Positions 10,444-21,756 of a DNA stretch of 55,632 nucleotides are shown here, piece after piece. The notes beneath the pieces are model-generated. The model had not been told where the DNA came from and did no database searches. It saw only the letters and a list, made by a program, of their open reading frames with translations. How positions within the stretch are numbered: position 1 is the stretch's first letter; each line of letters starts with the position of its first letter. The position numbers were made by a program, and so were the translations under genes. Source of the DNA: Actinomycetota bacterium (GTDB taxonomy: Bacteria; Actinomycetota; Actinomycetes; Nanopelagicales; Nanopelagicaceae); the NCBI GenBank assembly GCA_009699375.1, contig WLOF01000001.1, positions 1-55,632 on the forward strand. The letters run 5' to 3'.

Positions 10444-11280
10444 CTAGAGTAGTTTCGGAATGACACCTTTGAGAAGTGCGCCCATGCGATCTGCTGCGTT
10501 TTTTCCCGCCGCAATAACTTCTTCATGATTAAGTTTTTCGCCAGTCACTCCAGCTGCTGCATTTGTCACGAGTGAAATCCCCAATACTTCTGCTCCCATA
10601 GCATGAGCAGCAATTGCTTCTGGAACTGTTGACATTCCTACTAAGTCAGCTCCCATAGTCCTCATCATGTGAATTTCGGCAGGAGTTTCGTAGGTGGGAC
10701 CACGCCAATGCACATAGACACCTTCTTGCAGCGAAGAATCCTCAGTTTTAACAATCTCACGAATTCGTTTGCTATACAGATCAGTAAGGTCAACAAACTG
10801 CGCACCACTGAGAGGGCTCGTTGCGGTAAGTGAAATGTGATCACGTATCAAAACTGGTTGCCCAACTCGATAAGCAGTATTAATTCCTCCACATGCATTA
10901 GTCAGAATAATTACTTTGCAACCGGCTTTCACTGCAGTTCTAACCCCGTGCACTACAGGTTCGATACCTTTTCCTTCATACAAATGAGTTCGACCCAGAA
11001 ATACAAGTGCGTTGATATTTCCCTTTGCCCCAGCTATTGAATACGAACGTATTTTTCCTGAATGACCAGCAACAGTTGGCGCTTCGAATCCCGGAATATC
11101 GTGTGAATCGCATTCATAATGTGGTTTTCCTAAAGCATCAGCAGCGCTTACCCAACCAGATCCCATGACAAGAGCAATCTGATGTTGTGGAATCCCACTT
11201 TTTTGCGCAATCGCATCTGCGGCATCTTGCGCGGTTTTCATTGGGTCGAGATAAAGACCTTGGTTAGTTGATGCGCTCAT
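10444..11280 (-). CDS. punA: purine nucleoside phosphorylase (trimeric PNP family)
   Basis: 278 aa with GRTHLYEG and VGMSTVPE motifs. ATGA overlap with the accA stop. Confidence 0.92.
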   Translation of the reverse strand: MSASTNQGLYLDPMKTAQDAADAIAQKSGIPQHQIALVMGSGWVSAADALGKPHYECDSHDIPGFEAPTVAGHSGKIRSYSIAGAKGNINALVFLGRTHLYEGKGIEPVVHGVRTAVKAGCKVIILTNACGGINTAYRVGQPVLIRDHISLTATSPLSGAQFVDLTDLYSKRIREIVKTEDSSLQEGVYVHWRGPTYETPAEIHMMRTMGADLVGMSTVPEAIAAHAMGAEVLGISLVTNAAAGVTGEKLNHEEVIAAGKNAADRMGALLKGVIPKLL

Positions 11281-12995
11281 TTGCTAATAATGTCACAGAG
11301 TGTGGCTCCATTTGAAACGCTTTCACCTATTTCTGCGCTGAGATTTTTGATAACTCCTGCTTTATGAGCCACCAAAGCTTGTTCCATTTTCATTGCTTCA
11401 AGAACGATAACTAATTCACCAACTTCGACACTGTCGCCCTCTTTTACGGCAATTTTCACGACAGTACCTTGCATTGGGCTTGTGAGTCCGTCACCCGTAA
11501 CAACTCCACTCATACCCTTTTTAGCTCTATGACGTTTGTGTACAGGTTCTGGGGCATGAAGTGTTACTTCGAATCGATGTCCATTGATTTCTGCAACAAG
11601 ATGTTCTGGGGCTGCATGTGACTGAATTTGAACAGTTGTTGAAACGAAAGCTGGAATTTCGTTGACGAATTCATTTTCAATGTAGCTCGTATAAACCTTG
11701 AAGTTTTGTGTAAATGCAGGATCTTCAACAATTGCGCGATGGAATGGAAGGGCGGTTGCTAACCCATCAATTTCAAATTCTTTAAGCGCGCGTCGTGCTC
11801 TTTCCAAGGCTTGCTCTCGTGTGTTTCCAGTGACAACAAGTTTTGCCAGCAATGAATCAAAATTTCCACCAATAGTGTCACCATCTTTAAATCCGGCATC
11901 TACGCGCACGCCAGGACCTGTTGGAATGTTCCACTGAGTGATTCTGCCTGGAGCAGGTAGGAATGATCTTCCTGGATCCTCGCCATTAATGCGAAATTCT
12001 ATTGAGTGCCCGCGAATAACTGGATCGTCATAACCCAATTCTTCACCCATTGCGATTCTAAATTGCTCTCGCACTAAATCTATTCCTGTTACCTCTTCGC
12101 TTACAGGGTGCTCTACTTGTAAACGTGTGTTCACTTCAAGAAAAGAAATGGTTCCATCGACGCCAACTAAAAATTCGCACGTGCCTGCGCCAACGTATCC
12201 TGCTTCTTTCATGATTGCTTTACTAGAGCGATAAAGTTCAGCAGTTTGCTCTTTCGTGAGAAACGGAGCGGGTGCTTCTTCTACGAGTTTTTGGTGGCGT
12301 CGTTGAAGTGAACAGTCTCTAGAACTGATGACTACTGCGTTTCCATGAGTATCAACAAGAACTTGGGTTTCTACATGTCGAGGGCGATCGAGGTATCGCT
12401 CGACAAAGCATTCACCACGACCAAATCCAGCAATCGCTTCACGCACTGCTGAGGCAAAGAGTTCTGGGATTTCTTCCATCGTGTGCGCAACTTTGAGTCC
12501 ACGACCTCCACCGCCATGCGCTGCTTTAATGGTAACGGGGAGCCCATGCTTCTTGGCAAAGGAAATAACTTCTTCATGCCCTTCAACGGGATCAGCAGTA
12601 CCAGCAACCAGTGGAGCACCTACTTTGGCAGCAATTTTTCTCGCTGAAACTTTGTCTCCCAACAAACGAATTGCTTCAGGTGAAGGACCAATCCAAATTA
12701 ATCCCGCATCGAGAACTGCTTGAGCAAAGGATGCATTTTCAGAGAGAAATCCGTAACCTGGGTGAATTGCATCAGCTCCCGATTGTTGTGCAACTTCAAT
12801 TATTTTTTCAATATTTAAATAGGTTTGTGTCGCTGTCAATCCGTTAAGAGAATATGCAGCATCTGCAAGCTGGGCATGGATCGCATTTCGATCTTCACTG
12901 GAATATACAGCGATGCTTTTGAGGCCATGGTCTTTGCACGCACGTATGATGCGGACTGCAATTTCACCACGGTTTGCAATTAGGACGCTCTTCAT
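11277..12995 (-). CDS. accA: acetyl/propionyl-CoA carboxylase alpha subunit (biotin carboxylase + BCCP domains)
   Basis: [20 protein letters not shown]-terminus, ATP-grasp core, and C-terminal biotinyl motif EAMKME. Start at ATG 12995 gives an ATGA overlap with the maf stop. The track start at 13034 lies inside maf. Confidence 0.92.
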   Translation of the reverse strand: MKSVLIANRGEIAVRIIRACKDHGLKSIAVYSSEDRNAIHAQLADAAYSLNGLTATQTYLNIEKIIEVAQQSGADAIHPGYGFLSENASFAQAVLDAGLIWIGPSPEAIRLLGDKVSARKIAAKVGAPLVAGTADPVEGHEEVISFAKKHGLPVTIKAAHGGGGRGLKVAHTMEEIPELFASAVREAIAGFGRGECFVERYLDRPRHVETQVLVDTHGNAVVISSRDCSLQRRHQKLVEEAPAPFLTKEQTAELYRSSKAIMKEAGYVGAGTCEFLVGVDGTISFLEVNTRLQVEHPVSEEVTGIDLVREQFRIAMGEELGYDDPVIRGHSIEFRINGEDPGRSFLPAPGRITQWNIPTGPGVRVDAGFKDGDTIGGNFDSLLAKLVVTGNTREQALERARRALKEFEIDGLATALPFHRAIVEDPAFTQNFKVYTSYIENEFVNEIPAFVSTTVQIQSHAAPEHLVAEINGHRFEVTLHAPEPVHKRHRAKKGMSGVVTGDGLTSPMQGTVVKIAVKEGDSVEVGELVIVLEAMKMEQALVAHKAGVIKNLSAEIGESVSNGATLCDIISK

Positions 12996-13609
12996 GACGC
13001 TACTCCCTGGCCCTGCAATTTTAGATCTGGCCATGAATACCCCAATTTATTCGTCATTGTTCGAAGTAATGGTATCGAAAGCCCGATGACATTTGTGTAG
13101 TCCCCTTCAATAGAACTGATAAATGCGCTACTGAGGCCATCTAATGTAAATCCTCCAGCAACTTCTAGGGGTTCTCCAGAGGCCACATAATCTGAAATTT
13201 CAACATCACTCATTGGGGAAAAATTAACTTTTGTCGAAGCCAAGCTAGAGATCTCCGCATCTTTTTCAGTATCAATGATGCAATGGCCTGTATGCAAAAC
13301 TCCAGATTTCCCACTGATTAATTTTGCGCGTTCAATCGCTAACTCGCTCGTACCAGGTTTACCTAAGGAGCGTCCTTCGAATTCAAATGTTGAATCACAG
13401 GCAATGATTAGAGCAGAACCTTTTATCTTTTTCCGAACGGTATGTGCCTTTACAATTGCGAGTGCAATAACCATCTCACTTGGTGACATGGATGAATATA
13501 TTTCTGCCTCTTCATCAACGCCACTTACTTCAATCTGGGGATGAATGCCTGCAGCCACTAGTAATTTCTTACGAGAGGGCGAAGCAGAAGCAAGAACTAT
13601 TGTGGGCAC
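12992..13609 (-). CDS. maf: Maf-like nucleoside triphosphate pyrophosphatase
   Basis: 205 aa. [14 protein letters not shown]-terminal Maf motif. GTG start directly abutting the accE stop (TAAGTG). Same position as in mycobacterial accA3-maf-accE5-accD5 synteny. Confidence 0.88.
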   Translation of the reverse strand: MPTIVLASASPSRKKLLVAAGIHPQIEVSGVDEEAEIYSSMSPSEMVIALAIVKAHTVRKKIKGSALIIACDSTFEFEGRSLGKPGTSELAIERAKLISGKSGVLHTGHCIIDTEKDAEISSLASTKVNFSPMSDVEISDYVASGEPLEVAGGFTLDGLSSAFISSIEGDYTNVIGLSIPLLRTMTNKLGYSWPDLKLQGQGVAS

Positions 13610-13771
13610 TTATTTCTTCCTGGATAAAGGTTTGCGAAGATGCGGAGTGCCCCATTTGCTTTTCCAAAACTTTCGAGCAGATTGAGGGCGCTCGTGTGCT
13701 TTAAGAGCTTCTTCAAGTGCAAGCTTTTCTTCATCTGTAGGGCTTCCAGATGTAATGGAATACTTAATCAC
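13610..13771 (-). CDS. accE: acyl-CoA carboxylase epsilon subunit (small ORF, absent from the ORF track)
   Basis: My manual translation of the minus strand gives (GTG)[53 protein letters not shown], 53 aa. The IK..I..G.PTDEE.LAL..AL pattern matches AccE/PccE N-termini. GTGA overlap with the accD stop, and TAA abuts the maf GTG. The ORF fills the only gap in this operon exactly. Confidence 0.75.
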   Translation of the reverse strand: MIKYSITSGSPTDEEKLALEEALKAHERPQSARKFWKSKWGTPHLRKPLSRKK

Positions 13772-15339
13772 AGCGGAATATTTCCATGCTTACGCTCTGG
13801 AAGGATGTCTCGCTTATGACGTAACGTGCGTAGTGCCTTAGTGATGTATTCACGAGTTTGGCTAGGCTCAATAACAGCATCAACAATTCCTCGCTCCGCT
13901 GCGAGATAGGGGTTTGCAAGAGTCTCGTTATATTCAGTGACGAGATCTTTTCTTAAACTTTCTGCGCTCTTACTCTCTGCAATTTCTTTTCTGTAAAGAA
14001 TATTGACAGCGCCTTGTGCTCCCATTACTGCAATTTCTGCACTTGGCCATGCGAGACAAATATCTGCACCAATATATTTAGATCCCATCACAATGTAAGC
14101 GCCGCCGTAAGCTTTGCGGGTAATCACGGTAATCATGGGCACAGAGGCTTCAGCATAGGCATAGAGAAGCTTTGCGCCCCTTCTAATAATTCCATCCCAT
14201 TCTTGCTCCACACCGGGTAAGAATCCTGGGACATCTACAAGAGTGATAATCGGGATGCTGAACGCATCGCAGAAACGAACAAAGCGCGCTGCTTTTTCGC
14301 TGGAATTTATATCAAGCGTTCCAGCTAGTTGTGAAGGTTGGCTCGCGATAATTCCGACGCTATGGCCTTCTACACGACCAAAACCAACCACAATATTTGG
14401 CGCAAACAGTGCATGAACTTCCAAGAATTCTGCTTCATCTAAAATTGCTTGAATTAATATTTTTATGTCATATGGCTGATTAGGGCTATCTGGAATGAGC
14501 GTATCTAGCGCCAAGTCACGTGCTTTGCGTTCTAGAGTTTCAGTTGCAGGAAGTAAGGGCGCACCATCAACGTTATTGCTAGGTAAATAAGATAAAAGCG
14601 CTTTTGCATAATCCAAGGCATCAGCTTCGTTCTCGGCTAAATAGTGAGCAACTCCGGTGCGGGCATTATGAATAGATGCACCACCTAGTTCTTCCATTCC
14701 AACTTCTTCACCCGTGACCGTTTTAATAACTTCTGGTCCAGTAATAAACATGTGTGATGTTTCATTGACCATAATGATGAAATCTGTGAGCGCAGGGGAG
14801 TAGACCGCACCTCCTGCGCAAGGCCCCATCACAAGAGAAATCTGAGGAATAACACCTGAGGATCGGGTGTTAAGTCTGAAAATTTTTCCGTAACCAGCCA
14901 AGGACGCAACACCTTCTTGAATTCTGGCGCCTCCGGAGTCGTTTACTCCAACAAGTGGCATTCCATTTTTAAGGGCGTACTCCGCAATTTTCACCATCTT
15001 GTCAGCCATTACTTCGCCAAGACTTCCACCCATGACAGTGAAATCTTGTGAGTACACGGCGACATTTCGGCCATCAATAGTTCCGTAGCCAATTACTACT
15101 CCATCACCGTACGGGCGATTCTTTTCCATGCCGAAGTTGACTGAGCGGTGCCGAGCGAATTCATCGAGTTCAGTAAATGAGTCTTCGTCGACTAGAGCCG
15201 CGATGCGCTCGCGAGCTGTCATCTTCCCCTTTGCGTGTTGCTTTTCAACGGCTCGAGCAGAGCCGGCATGCACCGCCTCATCGAGTCGATCACGAAGGTC
15301 CTGAATTTTCCCAGCGGTTGTATGCAGATCTCGGTCCAT
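13768..15339 (-). CDS. accD: acyl-CoA (propionyl-CoA) carboxylase beta subunit, carboxyltransferase
   Basis: 523 aa. Two crotonase-like carboxyltransferase halves ([31 protein letters not shown]). AccD5/PccB-like. Confidence 0.92.
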   Translation of the reverse strand: MDRDLHTTAGKIQDLRDRLDEAVHAGSARAVEKQHAKGKMTARERIAALVDEDSFTELDEFARHRSVNFGMEKNRPYGDGVVIGYGTIDGRNVAVYSQDFTVMGGSLGEVMADKMVKIAEYALKNGMPLVGVNDSGGARIQEGVASLAGYGKIFRLNTRSSGVIPQISLVMGPCAGGAVYSPALTDFIIMVNETSHMFITGPEVIKTVTGEEVGMEELGGASIHNARTGVAHYLAENEADALDYAKALLSYLPSNNVDGAPLLPATETLERKARDLALDTLIPDSPNQPYDIKILIQAILDEAEFLEVHALFAPNIVVGFGRVEGHSVGIIASQPSQLAGTLDINSSEKAARFVRFCDAFSIPIITLVDVPGFLPGVEQEWDGIIRRGAKLLYAYAEASVPMITVITRKAYGGAYIVMGSKYIGADICLAWPSAEIAVMGAQGAVNILYRKEIAESKSAESLRKDLVTEYNETLANPYLAAERGIVDAVIEPSQTREYITKALRTLRHKRDILPERKHGNIPL

Positions 15340-15378
15340 ACCCCTACGGTACTAGTCGTGAGCACTTTGCGTACGCCG

Positions 15379-16143
15379 ATGGATGGCGCAAATATTAATT
15401 CCGCAGTAAAAAACAGTTACTGGCGGGTAAGCGTGGTCGATGTCACGGGTTCAACGCATAACGATTTAGTTCTACTAGCGCGTAACGGGAAGGCGAAACA
15501 CGGCGACGTAATTGCAGCAGAATTTCAGACACAAGGTAGAGGGCGACTTAATCGCACATTTGAATCACCAACACACTCTGCACTTTTATTTTCTATATAC
15601 ATAGAACCGAAAGGCAATGCAGAAGATTGGGGATGGCTCTCATTGCTTGCAGGACAAGCAACTTGTGTTGCAATTACAAACGTTTGCACACTGAATGAAA
15701 TTTCGTTACCAAAGTTGAAATGGCCGAATGACGTACTGATCAGAGATAAGAAAGTTTGCGGAATATTGGCCGAACGAGTTGGCCCCGCTGGAGTAGTCAT
15801 TGGAATTGGAATTAATGTTTCAACAAACGATGACGAACTACCTGTACCGACTGCTACTTCCATACTTATCGAAACTGGCATCGAGTGCGATAGAAATATT
15901 CTTTTACCCAAAATCCTTGAAGCATTTGCACACTTGCTTAAGCGATGGGAGGAAGGAGATGGCACGCTTGTCTCCGATTACCTCAGCAAGAGCGCCACAG
16001 TGGGGCGTAAGGTGAGAATTGAGTCACCAAATGGGGCGCGTATAGAATCGCAAGCCGTGGGGATTGATCCACAAGGTTGTTTAGTGTTGCTCAGTGGTGA
16101 GCATGTGAGCGTTGGAGATGTCGTTCATCTTCACGCAAACTAG
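15379..16143 (+). CDS. birA: biotin--[acetyl-CoA-carboxylase] ligase (class I, no N-terminal HTH)
   Basis: QTQGRGRLNRTF (GRGRxxR) biotin-binding loop and KWPNDVL motif. Start set at ATG 15379, which is uncertain (GTG 15358 is an alternative). The track start at 15235 overlaps accD by 105 nt on the opposite strand. Confidence 0.85.
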   Translation: MDGANINSAVKNSYWRVSVVDVTGSTHNDLVLLARNGKAKHGDVIAAEFQTQGRGRLNRTFESPTHSALLFSIYIEPKGNAEDWGWLSLLAGQATCVAITNVCTLNEISLPKLKWPNDVLIRDKKVCGILAERVGPAGVVIGIGINVSTNDDELPVPTATSILIETGIECDRNILLPKILEAFAHLLKRWEEGDGTLVSDYLSKSATVGRKVRIESPNGARIESQAVGIDPQGCLVLLSGEHVSVGDVVHLHAN

Positions 16144-16152
16144 AATCTCCTC

Positions 16153-17265
16153 GTGCCAAATCCATTCCCAACCGTTGGCGTAATAGGCGCTGGGCAACTT
16201 GCTCGAATGATGAGCGCTCCTGCAACTGCCCTAGGCGTTGATTTACTTTTATTAGCCCAGAGTTCTGAAGATTCTGCGGCACAAATAACTAACCATGTTG
16301 TTGGCGATTACCTCAATGTTGAGCATGTCAAAGAATTTGCGAAGAAGTGCTCCTTGATAACTTTCGAGCATGAATTAATTCCCGTTTCACTCATTAGAAC
16401 ACTTGAATCACAAGGCGTTGTCGTAAGACCGGGATCGGAATCCTTTATTTTCAGCCAGGATAAAGCGCAGATGAGGGAACGACTTTCCAAATTCCCATCA
16501 CCGAAATGGCAAGTAATTACTTCACCAGAAAGTGTGAAAGATTTTCCGGTAATCGCTAAGGCGATCACGGGAGGATATGACGGGCGAGGAGTATGGAAAG
16601 TTGATAGCTTCGATGAATTAGTCGTGCTCCTAGGACACAATAAAAAATTGCTTATTGAAGAATTACTTAAGTTTGATATGGAAATAGCTGTCATGGTGGC
16701 GCGTTCGCCTCACGGTCAAGCGGCAACGTGGGCTCCAACTCAAACCATTCAAAATGATGGAATCTGCACGCTGACCATTACTCCAGCACCAAATATTTCA
16801 GAAGGGGTTGCTCTACGTGCGCAAGAATTAGCACTAGAAATTGCAAAAGAAATCGGTCTTGTGGGTGTGATGGCAGTTGAAATGTTCGTGCGAGGCGATG
16901 AAATTTTTATCAACGAATTAGCAATGAGGCCGCACAATTCTGGACATTGGACTATTGAAGGTTCTCGAACAAGCCAGTTCGAACAGCATCTTCGTGCAAT
17001 TTTAGATTTGCCACTCGGTGACACTTCAATGGTTCTTCCTTTTGCTGTTATGGGAAATATATTAGGTGGAACCAAGAGTGATATGTATCGACCGTATCTC
17101 CATCTCATGGCTCGCTCACCTGGCTTAAAAATCCACCAGTACAAAAAAGAAGTCCGCCCTGGGCGTAAAATTGGCCACGTAACCGCCGTGGGTGAAAATC
17201 TTCTAGACTTGCGTGAAAGTGTTGATCACGCACTGGCATACATGAGCGGAGAAATCGATGAGTGA
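16153..17265 (+). CDS. purK: N5-carboxyaminoimidazole ribonucleotide synthase
   Basis: 370 aa. [14 protein letters not shown]-terminus and ATP-grasp core. 8-nt overlap with purE. Confidence 0.92.
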   Translation: MPNPFPTVGVIGAGQLARMMSAPATALGVDLLLLAQSSEDSAAQITNHVVGDYLNVEHVKEFAKKCSLITFEHELIPVSLIRTLESQGVVVRPGSESFIFSQDKAQMRERLSKFPSPKWQVITSPESVKDFPVIAKAITGGYDGRGVWKVDSFDELVVLLGHNKKLLIEELLKFDMEIAVMVARSPHGQAATWAPTQTIQNDGICTLTITPAPNISEGVALRAQELALEIAKEIGLVGVMAVEMFVRGDEIFINELAMRPHNSGHWTIEGSRTSQFEQHLRAILDLPLGDTSMVLPFAVMGNILGGTKSDMYRPYLHLMARSPGLKIHQYKKEVRPGRKIGHVTAVGENLLDLRESVDHALAYMSGEIDE

Positions 17266-17770
17266 ACCAATTGTTGCCATCATCATGGGTTCAGATTCTG
17301 ACTGGCCAATCATGGAGGATGCAGGTAAAACTTTGGATGACCTTGGAATTTCTTATTCTGCCCAAGTTATTTCTGCCCATCGCATGCCACTTGAAATGGT
17401 GGAGTTTGCACAACAAGCATCGTCTAAAGGAATTAAAGTGATTATTGCTGGTGCTGGTGGAGCAGCACATTTACCTGGCATGGTTGCCTCTTTAACGACA
17501 CTGCCGGTCATTGGTGTACCAGTGGCTTTAAAATCATTCGATGGCATGGATTCTTTGATGTCTATTGTTCAAATGCCAGCCGGAATTCCCGTTGCTACTG
17601 TGGGCGTTGGAAATGCAAAAAATGCTGCGCTATTAGCTGCTCGTATATTAGGAGTATCGAATTCAGAAATTTCATCAAAGGTAAGAACTGCAATGGATAA
17701 ACTTCACGACGAAGCAAAAACTAAAGGTGAAAATCTCAAAGCCAGAAGAAACCAAAAAACTGGTTTTTAA
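17258..17770 (+). CDS. purE: N5-carboxyaminoimidazole ribonucleotide mutase
   Basis: 170 aa. [12 protein letters not shown] and SAHRMP motifs. Confidence 0.94.
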   Translation: MSEPIVAIIMGSDSDWPIMEDAGKTLDDLGISYSAQVISAHRMPLEMVEFAQQASSKGIKVIIAGAGGAAHLPGMVASLTTLPVIGVPVALKSFDGMDSLMSIVQMPAGIPVATVGVGNAKNAALLAARILGVSNSEISSKVRTAMDKLHDEAKTKGENLKARRNQKTGF

Positions 17771-18165
17771 AGGGCTCTTTTCTTATATTCGATAGCAGGA
17801 CACCTATTCATAACCGCCATGAGTCCTGCATTTTTCGCGCGGTCAACCGCGATTTGATCAATGACCTCTAACTGAAGCCAGACAGCTTTTGCTCCAATGC
17901 TTATTGCTTCATCCACTACTGCACCTGCCAAAGAAGAGTTAACAAAAATATCGACAACATCTATTGGAAAATCAATATCAGTCAACGACGCATATCCCTT
18001 TTCACCGTGAACGCTTTCTGCTTTGGGGTGCACTGGAATAATCCTGTGGCCTTTTTGCTGCAGCAGTGCTGAAACTCCAAAGGCAGGTCGCTGGGAGTTA
18101 TTACTCAAACCAACTATCGCCCAAGTTTTCAAAGAAAGTATCTGGTCGATGTGGTCTTCGGACAT
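17767..18165 (-). CDS. CoA-binding domain protein (YccU/YneT-like)
   Basis: [15 protein letters not shown] and VWLQLEV motifs of the CoA_binding_2 family. Start at ATG 18165 ([10 protein letters not shown]), 7 nt after the ugd stop. The track start at 18345 lies inside ugd. Confidence 0.8.
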   Translation of the reverse strand: MSEDHIDQILSLKTWAIVGLSNNSQRPAFGVSALLQQKGHRIIPVHPKAESVHGEKGYASLTDIDFPIDVVDIFVNSSLAGAVVDEAISIGAKAVWLQLEVIDQIAVDRAKNAGLMAVMNRCPAIEYKKRAL

Positions 18166-18172
18166 AGTGAAC

Positions 18173-19483
18173 TTAGTTCGCACGACCAAGTGCATGAAAC
18201 TTCCATCCACTTGCAGTCCACAAATCTCTGTTGAGGGCATTTCGACCATCGATAATAATCGGGCTCTTAACAAGTGATTTAATTTCCTTTGGATCGATAT
18301 CCCGATATTCACGCCATTCGGTGAGGTGCAAAACCAAATCCGCACCCGCTACGCACTCTTTGGCCGTTGCTGAAAATGTCAGTGTTGGAAAGCGCTTTTT
18401 GGCATTCTCCATTGCCTTCGGATCATGAACTGTGACAATTGCACCAGCAGTAGCAAGTTGTGCGGCAATATCTAACGCTGGAGAATCTCGTACATCGTCA
18501 CTTTCTGGTTTGAATGCAGCTCCCCAAATTGCAATTTTGAGGCCTGTAAGGTCTTCTTTTAGTTCTGCACGAACTAAATCAATAACTCTTTGGCGTGCGC
18601 GCAAGTTAATTGCGTCAATTTCACGTAAAAATTCGAGTGCCTGTTTAGCTCCGAGTTCTTCTGCACGAGCCATAAATGCTCGAATATCTTTAGGAAGACA
18701 ACCTCCACCAAACCCAATTCCCGCTTGCAGGAATTTGTTACCAATCCTTGGGTCATAACCGATAGCTTGAGCAAGAACAGTGACATCACCGCCAGCCGCT
18801 TCGCAAACTTCTGCCATCGCATTAATAAAGGAAATCTTTGTTGCAAGGAACGAATTTGCTGCAACTTTCACTAATTCTGATGTTGGTAAATCAGCGCGAA
18901 TCCAGGGAGTACCGAGCGCAAGTACGGGTTCGTATACCTCTTTTAATATTTCTTCTGCTCTATCGCTTGTCACTCCAACTACAAGGCGGTTGGGGCGAAG
19001 CGTATCTTCGACAGCAAAACCTTCACGCAAAAATTCTGGATTCCATGCAAGATCTGCTTGGGGAGATGTTTTCAATAGTTGCTCTCGCAACCGTGATGCA
19101 GTGCCGACAGGCACTGTAGATTTTCCAACGACAAGGGACCCCGGTTTCAGATAAGGCGCGATTGCTGAAACGGCTCCTTCTACGTATGTTAAATCTGCAG
19201 CAAGGCTTCCCTTTTTTTGCGGAGTACCAACGCATACAAAATGCACATCAGCATCTGCCACGGCAGAGAAATCTGTTGTAAATGTAAGCCGACCTGACGC
19301 CACTTCGGTTCGAAGAAGTTCATCAAGTCCAGGTTCATAAAATGGAAGTTCTCCCCGAGAGAGTTGACCAATTTTGACTTCGTCCGTATCAACACCAATG
19401 ACCGTGAAACCAAGTGAAGACATGCACGCCGCATGGGTTGCGCCTAGGTATCCAGTTCCGATGACAGAAAGAACGTGTTTCAT
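18173..19483 (-). CDS. ugd: UDP-glucose 6-dehydrogenase
   Basis: 436 aa. VIGTGYLGATHAACM Rossmann N-terminus and GFGGGCLPKD catalytic Cys motif. Confidence 0.92.
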   Translation of the reverse strand: MKHVLSVIGTGYLGATHAACMSSLGFTVIGVDTDEVKIGQLSRGELPFYEPGLDELLRTEVASGRLTFTTDFSAVADADVHFVCVGTPQKKGSLAADLTYVEGAVSAIAPYLKPGSLVVGKSTVPVGTASRLREQLLKTSPQADLAWNPEFLREGFAVEDTLRPNRLVVGVTSDRAEEILKEVYEPVLALGTPWIRADLPTSELVKVAANSFLATKISFINAMAEVCEAAGGDVTVLAQAIGYDPRIGNKFLQAGIGFGGGCLPKDIRAFMARAEELGAKQALEFLREIDAINLRARQRVIDLVRAELKEDLTGLKIAIWGAAFKPESDDVRDSPALDIAAQLATAGAIVTVHDPKAMENAKKRFPTLTFSATAKECVAGADLVLHLTEWREYRDIDPKEIKSLVKSPIIIDGRNALNRDLWTASGWKFHALGRAN

Positions 19484-19520
19484 GTTGCTTATTCTATGAT
19501 GCTGAATTGATAAATCACGG

Positions 19521-20630
19521 TTATTTTAAGGCTCCACAGGGATTTTCATCAGCGGTACGAGTTTTAAATTTATCTATAGTCGTAATTTTCGGTTTAACCG
19601 ATGACGATGGCGACGGTGAAGGCGTTACTACATCAACAATTTCGGCATCATTTATTAGCCTGTTCCACAATTCTGGCGCTAAAACTGGATCCCACAGCAC
19701 AGTTGAACCAAGTCCTGGGACTGCATAGTTAGTATCTGAAAGTGGGACGGTGAGTGTTCTGACTTTCGAAGCAGAAAGGTTTTTCATTTGCTTTGCTAAG
19801 GCAATCAAATCGTTACTGTTAAGCCCTGAATCTGTCTGGACTGTTGCCATTGCGGCGTTGAAGAAATTAACAAGTCGAATTGGATTGAGAAGCACGCCAG
19901 TGCTCGTAGCTTTTCTTAGCACTGAACTCATAAATTGCTGTTGCCTCTGCATTCGCCCGAGGTCGCCCATTCCATCAAAATCTCTTGTCCGCACATATTT
20001 GAGTGATTCGAGTCCATTGAGAGTGTGAACTCCAGCGCTCATCACAAGGTGGCTCTTTGGGTCATTTATATCTCGCTTGGAACATACTTGAATTCCCCCA
20101 AGGGAATCCACCATACGGGCGAATCCAGAAAAGTTAATTTCTACATAGTGGTCAATTCTTAATTGCGTTTGATTTTCAATTGTCCGAATGAGAAGTGGTG
20201 CACCGCCCCAATTGAATGTGGCATTCAACTTCGAGCGAACGGCTGGAATGGTTTTACCTTGTGCGTCTTGGTGCTCCGGAACAGTTACTAAACTGTCTCT
20301 CGGAATTGAAATGATCACTGCTTTATCTCTTGCTTTGCTGATGTGCACGAGGAGCATGGTGTCTGAGCGTTTCCCAGCTGCAGATGCAACACTTCCAACC
20401 CGAAGAAACTTTAACTCTGCTTTTGTTAAACCTTCGCGAGTATCGGATCCGACAAGGAGATAATTGATGGCGCTACTTGGTTTATCCGGGCGCGATTTGA
20501 GCCCAGCGAAAACATCGATTCGTTTCAGGGAGCCACTGACGCGCCCCAATCCCAGCCAAGAAATTGCCGAAATACCCACGATCGCGATGGAGATACCGGT
20601 AACAATTCGGATAGTTCGCGTGGATTTCAC
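19521..20630 (-). CDS. LCP (LytR-CpsA-Psr) family cell-envelope glycopolymer transferase
   Basis: 369 aa. N-terminal TM anchor, LLVGSDTREG and SIPRDS motifs, and a Ser/Pro-rich C-terminal tail. Confidence 0.88.
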   Translation of the reverse strand: MKSTRTIRIVTGISIAIVGISAISWLGLGRVSGSLKRIDVFAGLKSRPDKPSSAINYLLVGSDTREGLTKAELKFLRVGSVASAAGKRSDTMLLVHISKARDKAVIISIPRDSLVTVPEHQDAQGKTIPAVRSKLNATFNWGGAPLLIRTIENQTQLRIDHYVEINFSGFARMVDSLGGIQVCSKRDINDPKSHLVMSAGVHTLNGLESLKYVRTRDFDGMGDLGRMQRQQQFMSSVLRKATSTGVLLNPIRLVNFFNAAMATVQTDSGLNSNDLIALAKQMKNLSASKVRTLTVPLSDTNYAVPGLGSTVLWDPVLAPELWNRLINDAEIVDVVTPSPSPSSSVKPKITTIDKFKTRTADENPCGALK

Positions 20631-20666
20631 AAGCAGAGCGTACTTGGACGATAGCGTTATGGTGTT

Positions 20667-21680
20667 ATGAAACCTACAAATGAGGCGATAAGTGTCTCAC
20701 TTTCGACCAGTCACTCCAGAACAGTTACCGGAGTCTCTGTCATTTTGCCAATTCTCAACGAAGAAGCTCATTTAGAACAATCAGTCAGTGCAATTCTTTC
20801 TCAGGATTATCACGGGAAACTTGAAATCATTCTTGCACTGGGACCATCGCGCGATAGAACTTCAGAAATTGCACGTCAGCTGGGGGAAAAGGATTCTAGA
20901 ATTATTTTAGTTGAAAACCCTACTGGCAGGACGGCAACGGGGCTCAATCTTGCAATCTCACAATCAAGTTTTGAAATTATTGTCAGAGTCGATGGTCATG
21001 CACAAATTCCTTCAAACTATATTTCCATGGCAGTTTCCATACTCAACGAAACTGGTGCCGTGAATGTAGGCGGATTAATGGCCGCAGAAGGCGAAACCAA
21101 TTTTGAGAAAAGTGTTGCAAAAGTTATGAAGAGCCCATTGGGAGTTGGCAGCTCTAATTTTCACACCGGGGGCACCGCGGGATCCGTAGATACCGTGTAC
21201 TTAGGTTGTTTCCGCCGCGCTGAACTTTTAGCTGCCGGGGGATACGACGAGAGATTTACTCGGGCACAAGATTGGGAATTAAATTTTAGACTTCGCAGTC
21301 GAGGCGGGGTCGTGTATTTCGATCCACGCCTCTACGTCCTTTATCGCCCTCGACCGAACTTAGGCGCATTATCAAAACAGTATTTTGAATATGGTCGCTG
21401 GAGAAGAGCAGTAGTGCGTAGACATCAAGGAACAGTGAACATGCGTTACCTTGCTCCACCATTTGCATTTATCGGAACCCTGATTTCACTATTTACTGGC
21501 TTTTCAATTGCCCCAATCTTTTTCATCCCAGCAGTTATCTACCTGTCATTTGTTGTATTCGCATCTTTAAAACTTGGGAAAGGGCTGAGAGAATATTTCC
21601 AAATGCCGGCGATTTTACTTGTGATGCAAATGTCTTGGGGGTGTGGTTACTTAACTTCTCCTAAGAAATTAGCCACCTAA
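20667..21680 (+). CDS. family 2 glycosyltransferase with C-terminal membrane anchor
   Basis: 337 aa. VSVILPILNEE GT2 N-terminus, an RVDGHA region, and C-terminal hydrophobic helices. Confidence 0.85.
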   Translation: MKPTNEAISVSLSTSHSRTVTGVSVILPILNEEAHLEQSVSAILSQDYHGKLEIILALGPSRDRTSEIARQLGEKDSRIILVENPTGRTATGLNLAISQSSFEIIVRVDGHAQIPSNYISMAVSILNETGAVNVGGLMAAEGETNFEKSVAKVMKSPLGVGSSNFHTGGTAGSVDTVYLGCFRRAELLAAGGYDERFTRAQDWELNFRLRSRGGVVYFDPRLYVLYRPRPNLGALSKQYFEYGRWRRAVVRRHQGTVNMRYLAPPFAFIGTLISLFTGFSIAPIFFIPAVIYLSFVVFASLKLGKGLREYFQMPAILLVMQMSWGCGYLTSPKKLAT

Positions 21681-21756
21681 CCAGACGCAGTTTGGCATTG
21701 CTGGGTTAATCTAATCTCATGAAGTTTTTACTCAAGTGTTCGTATGGAGTATTAAC

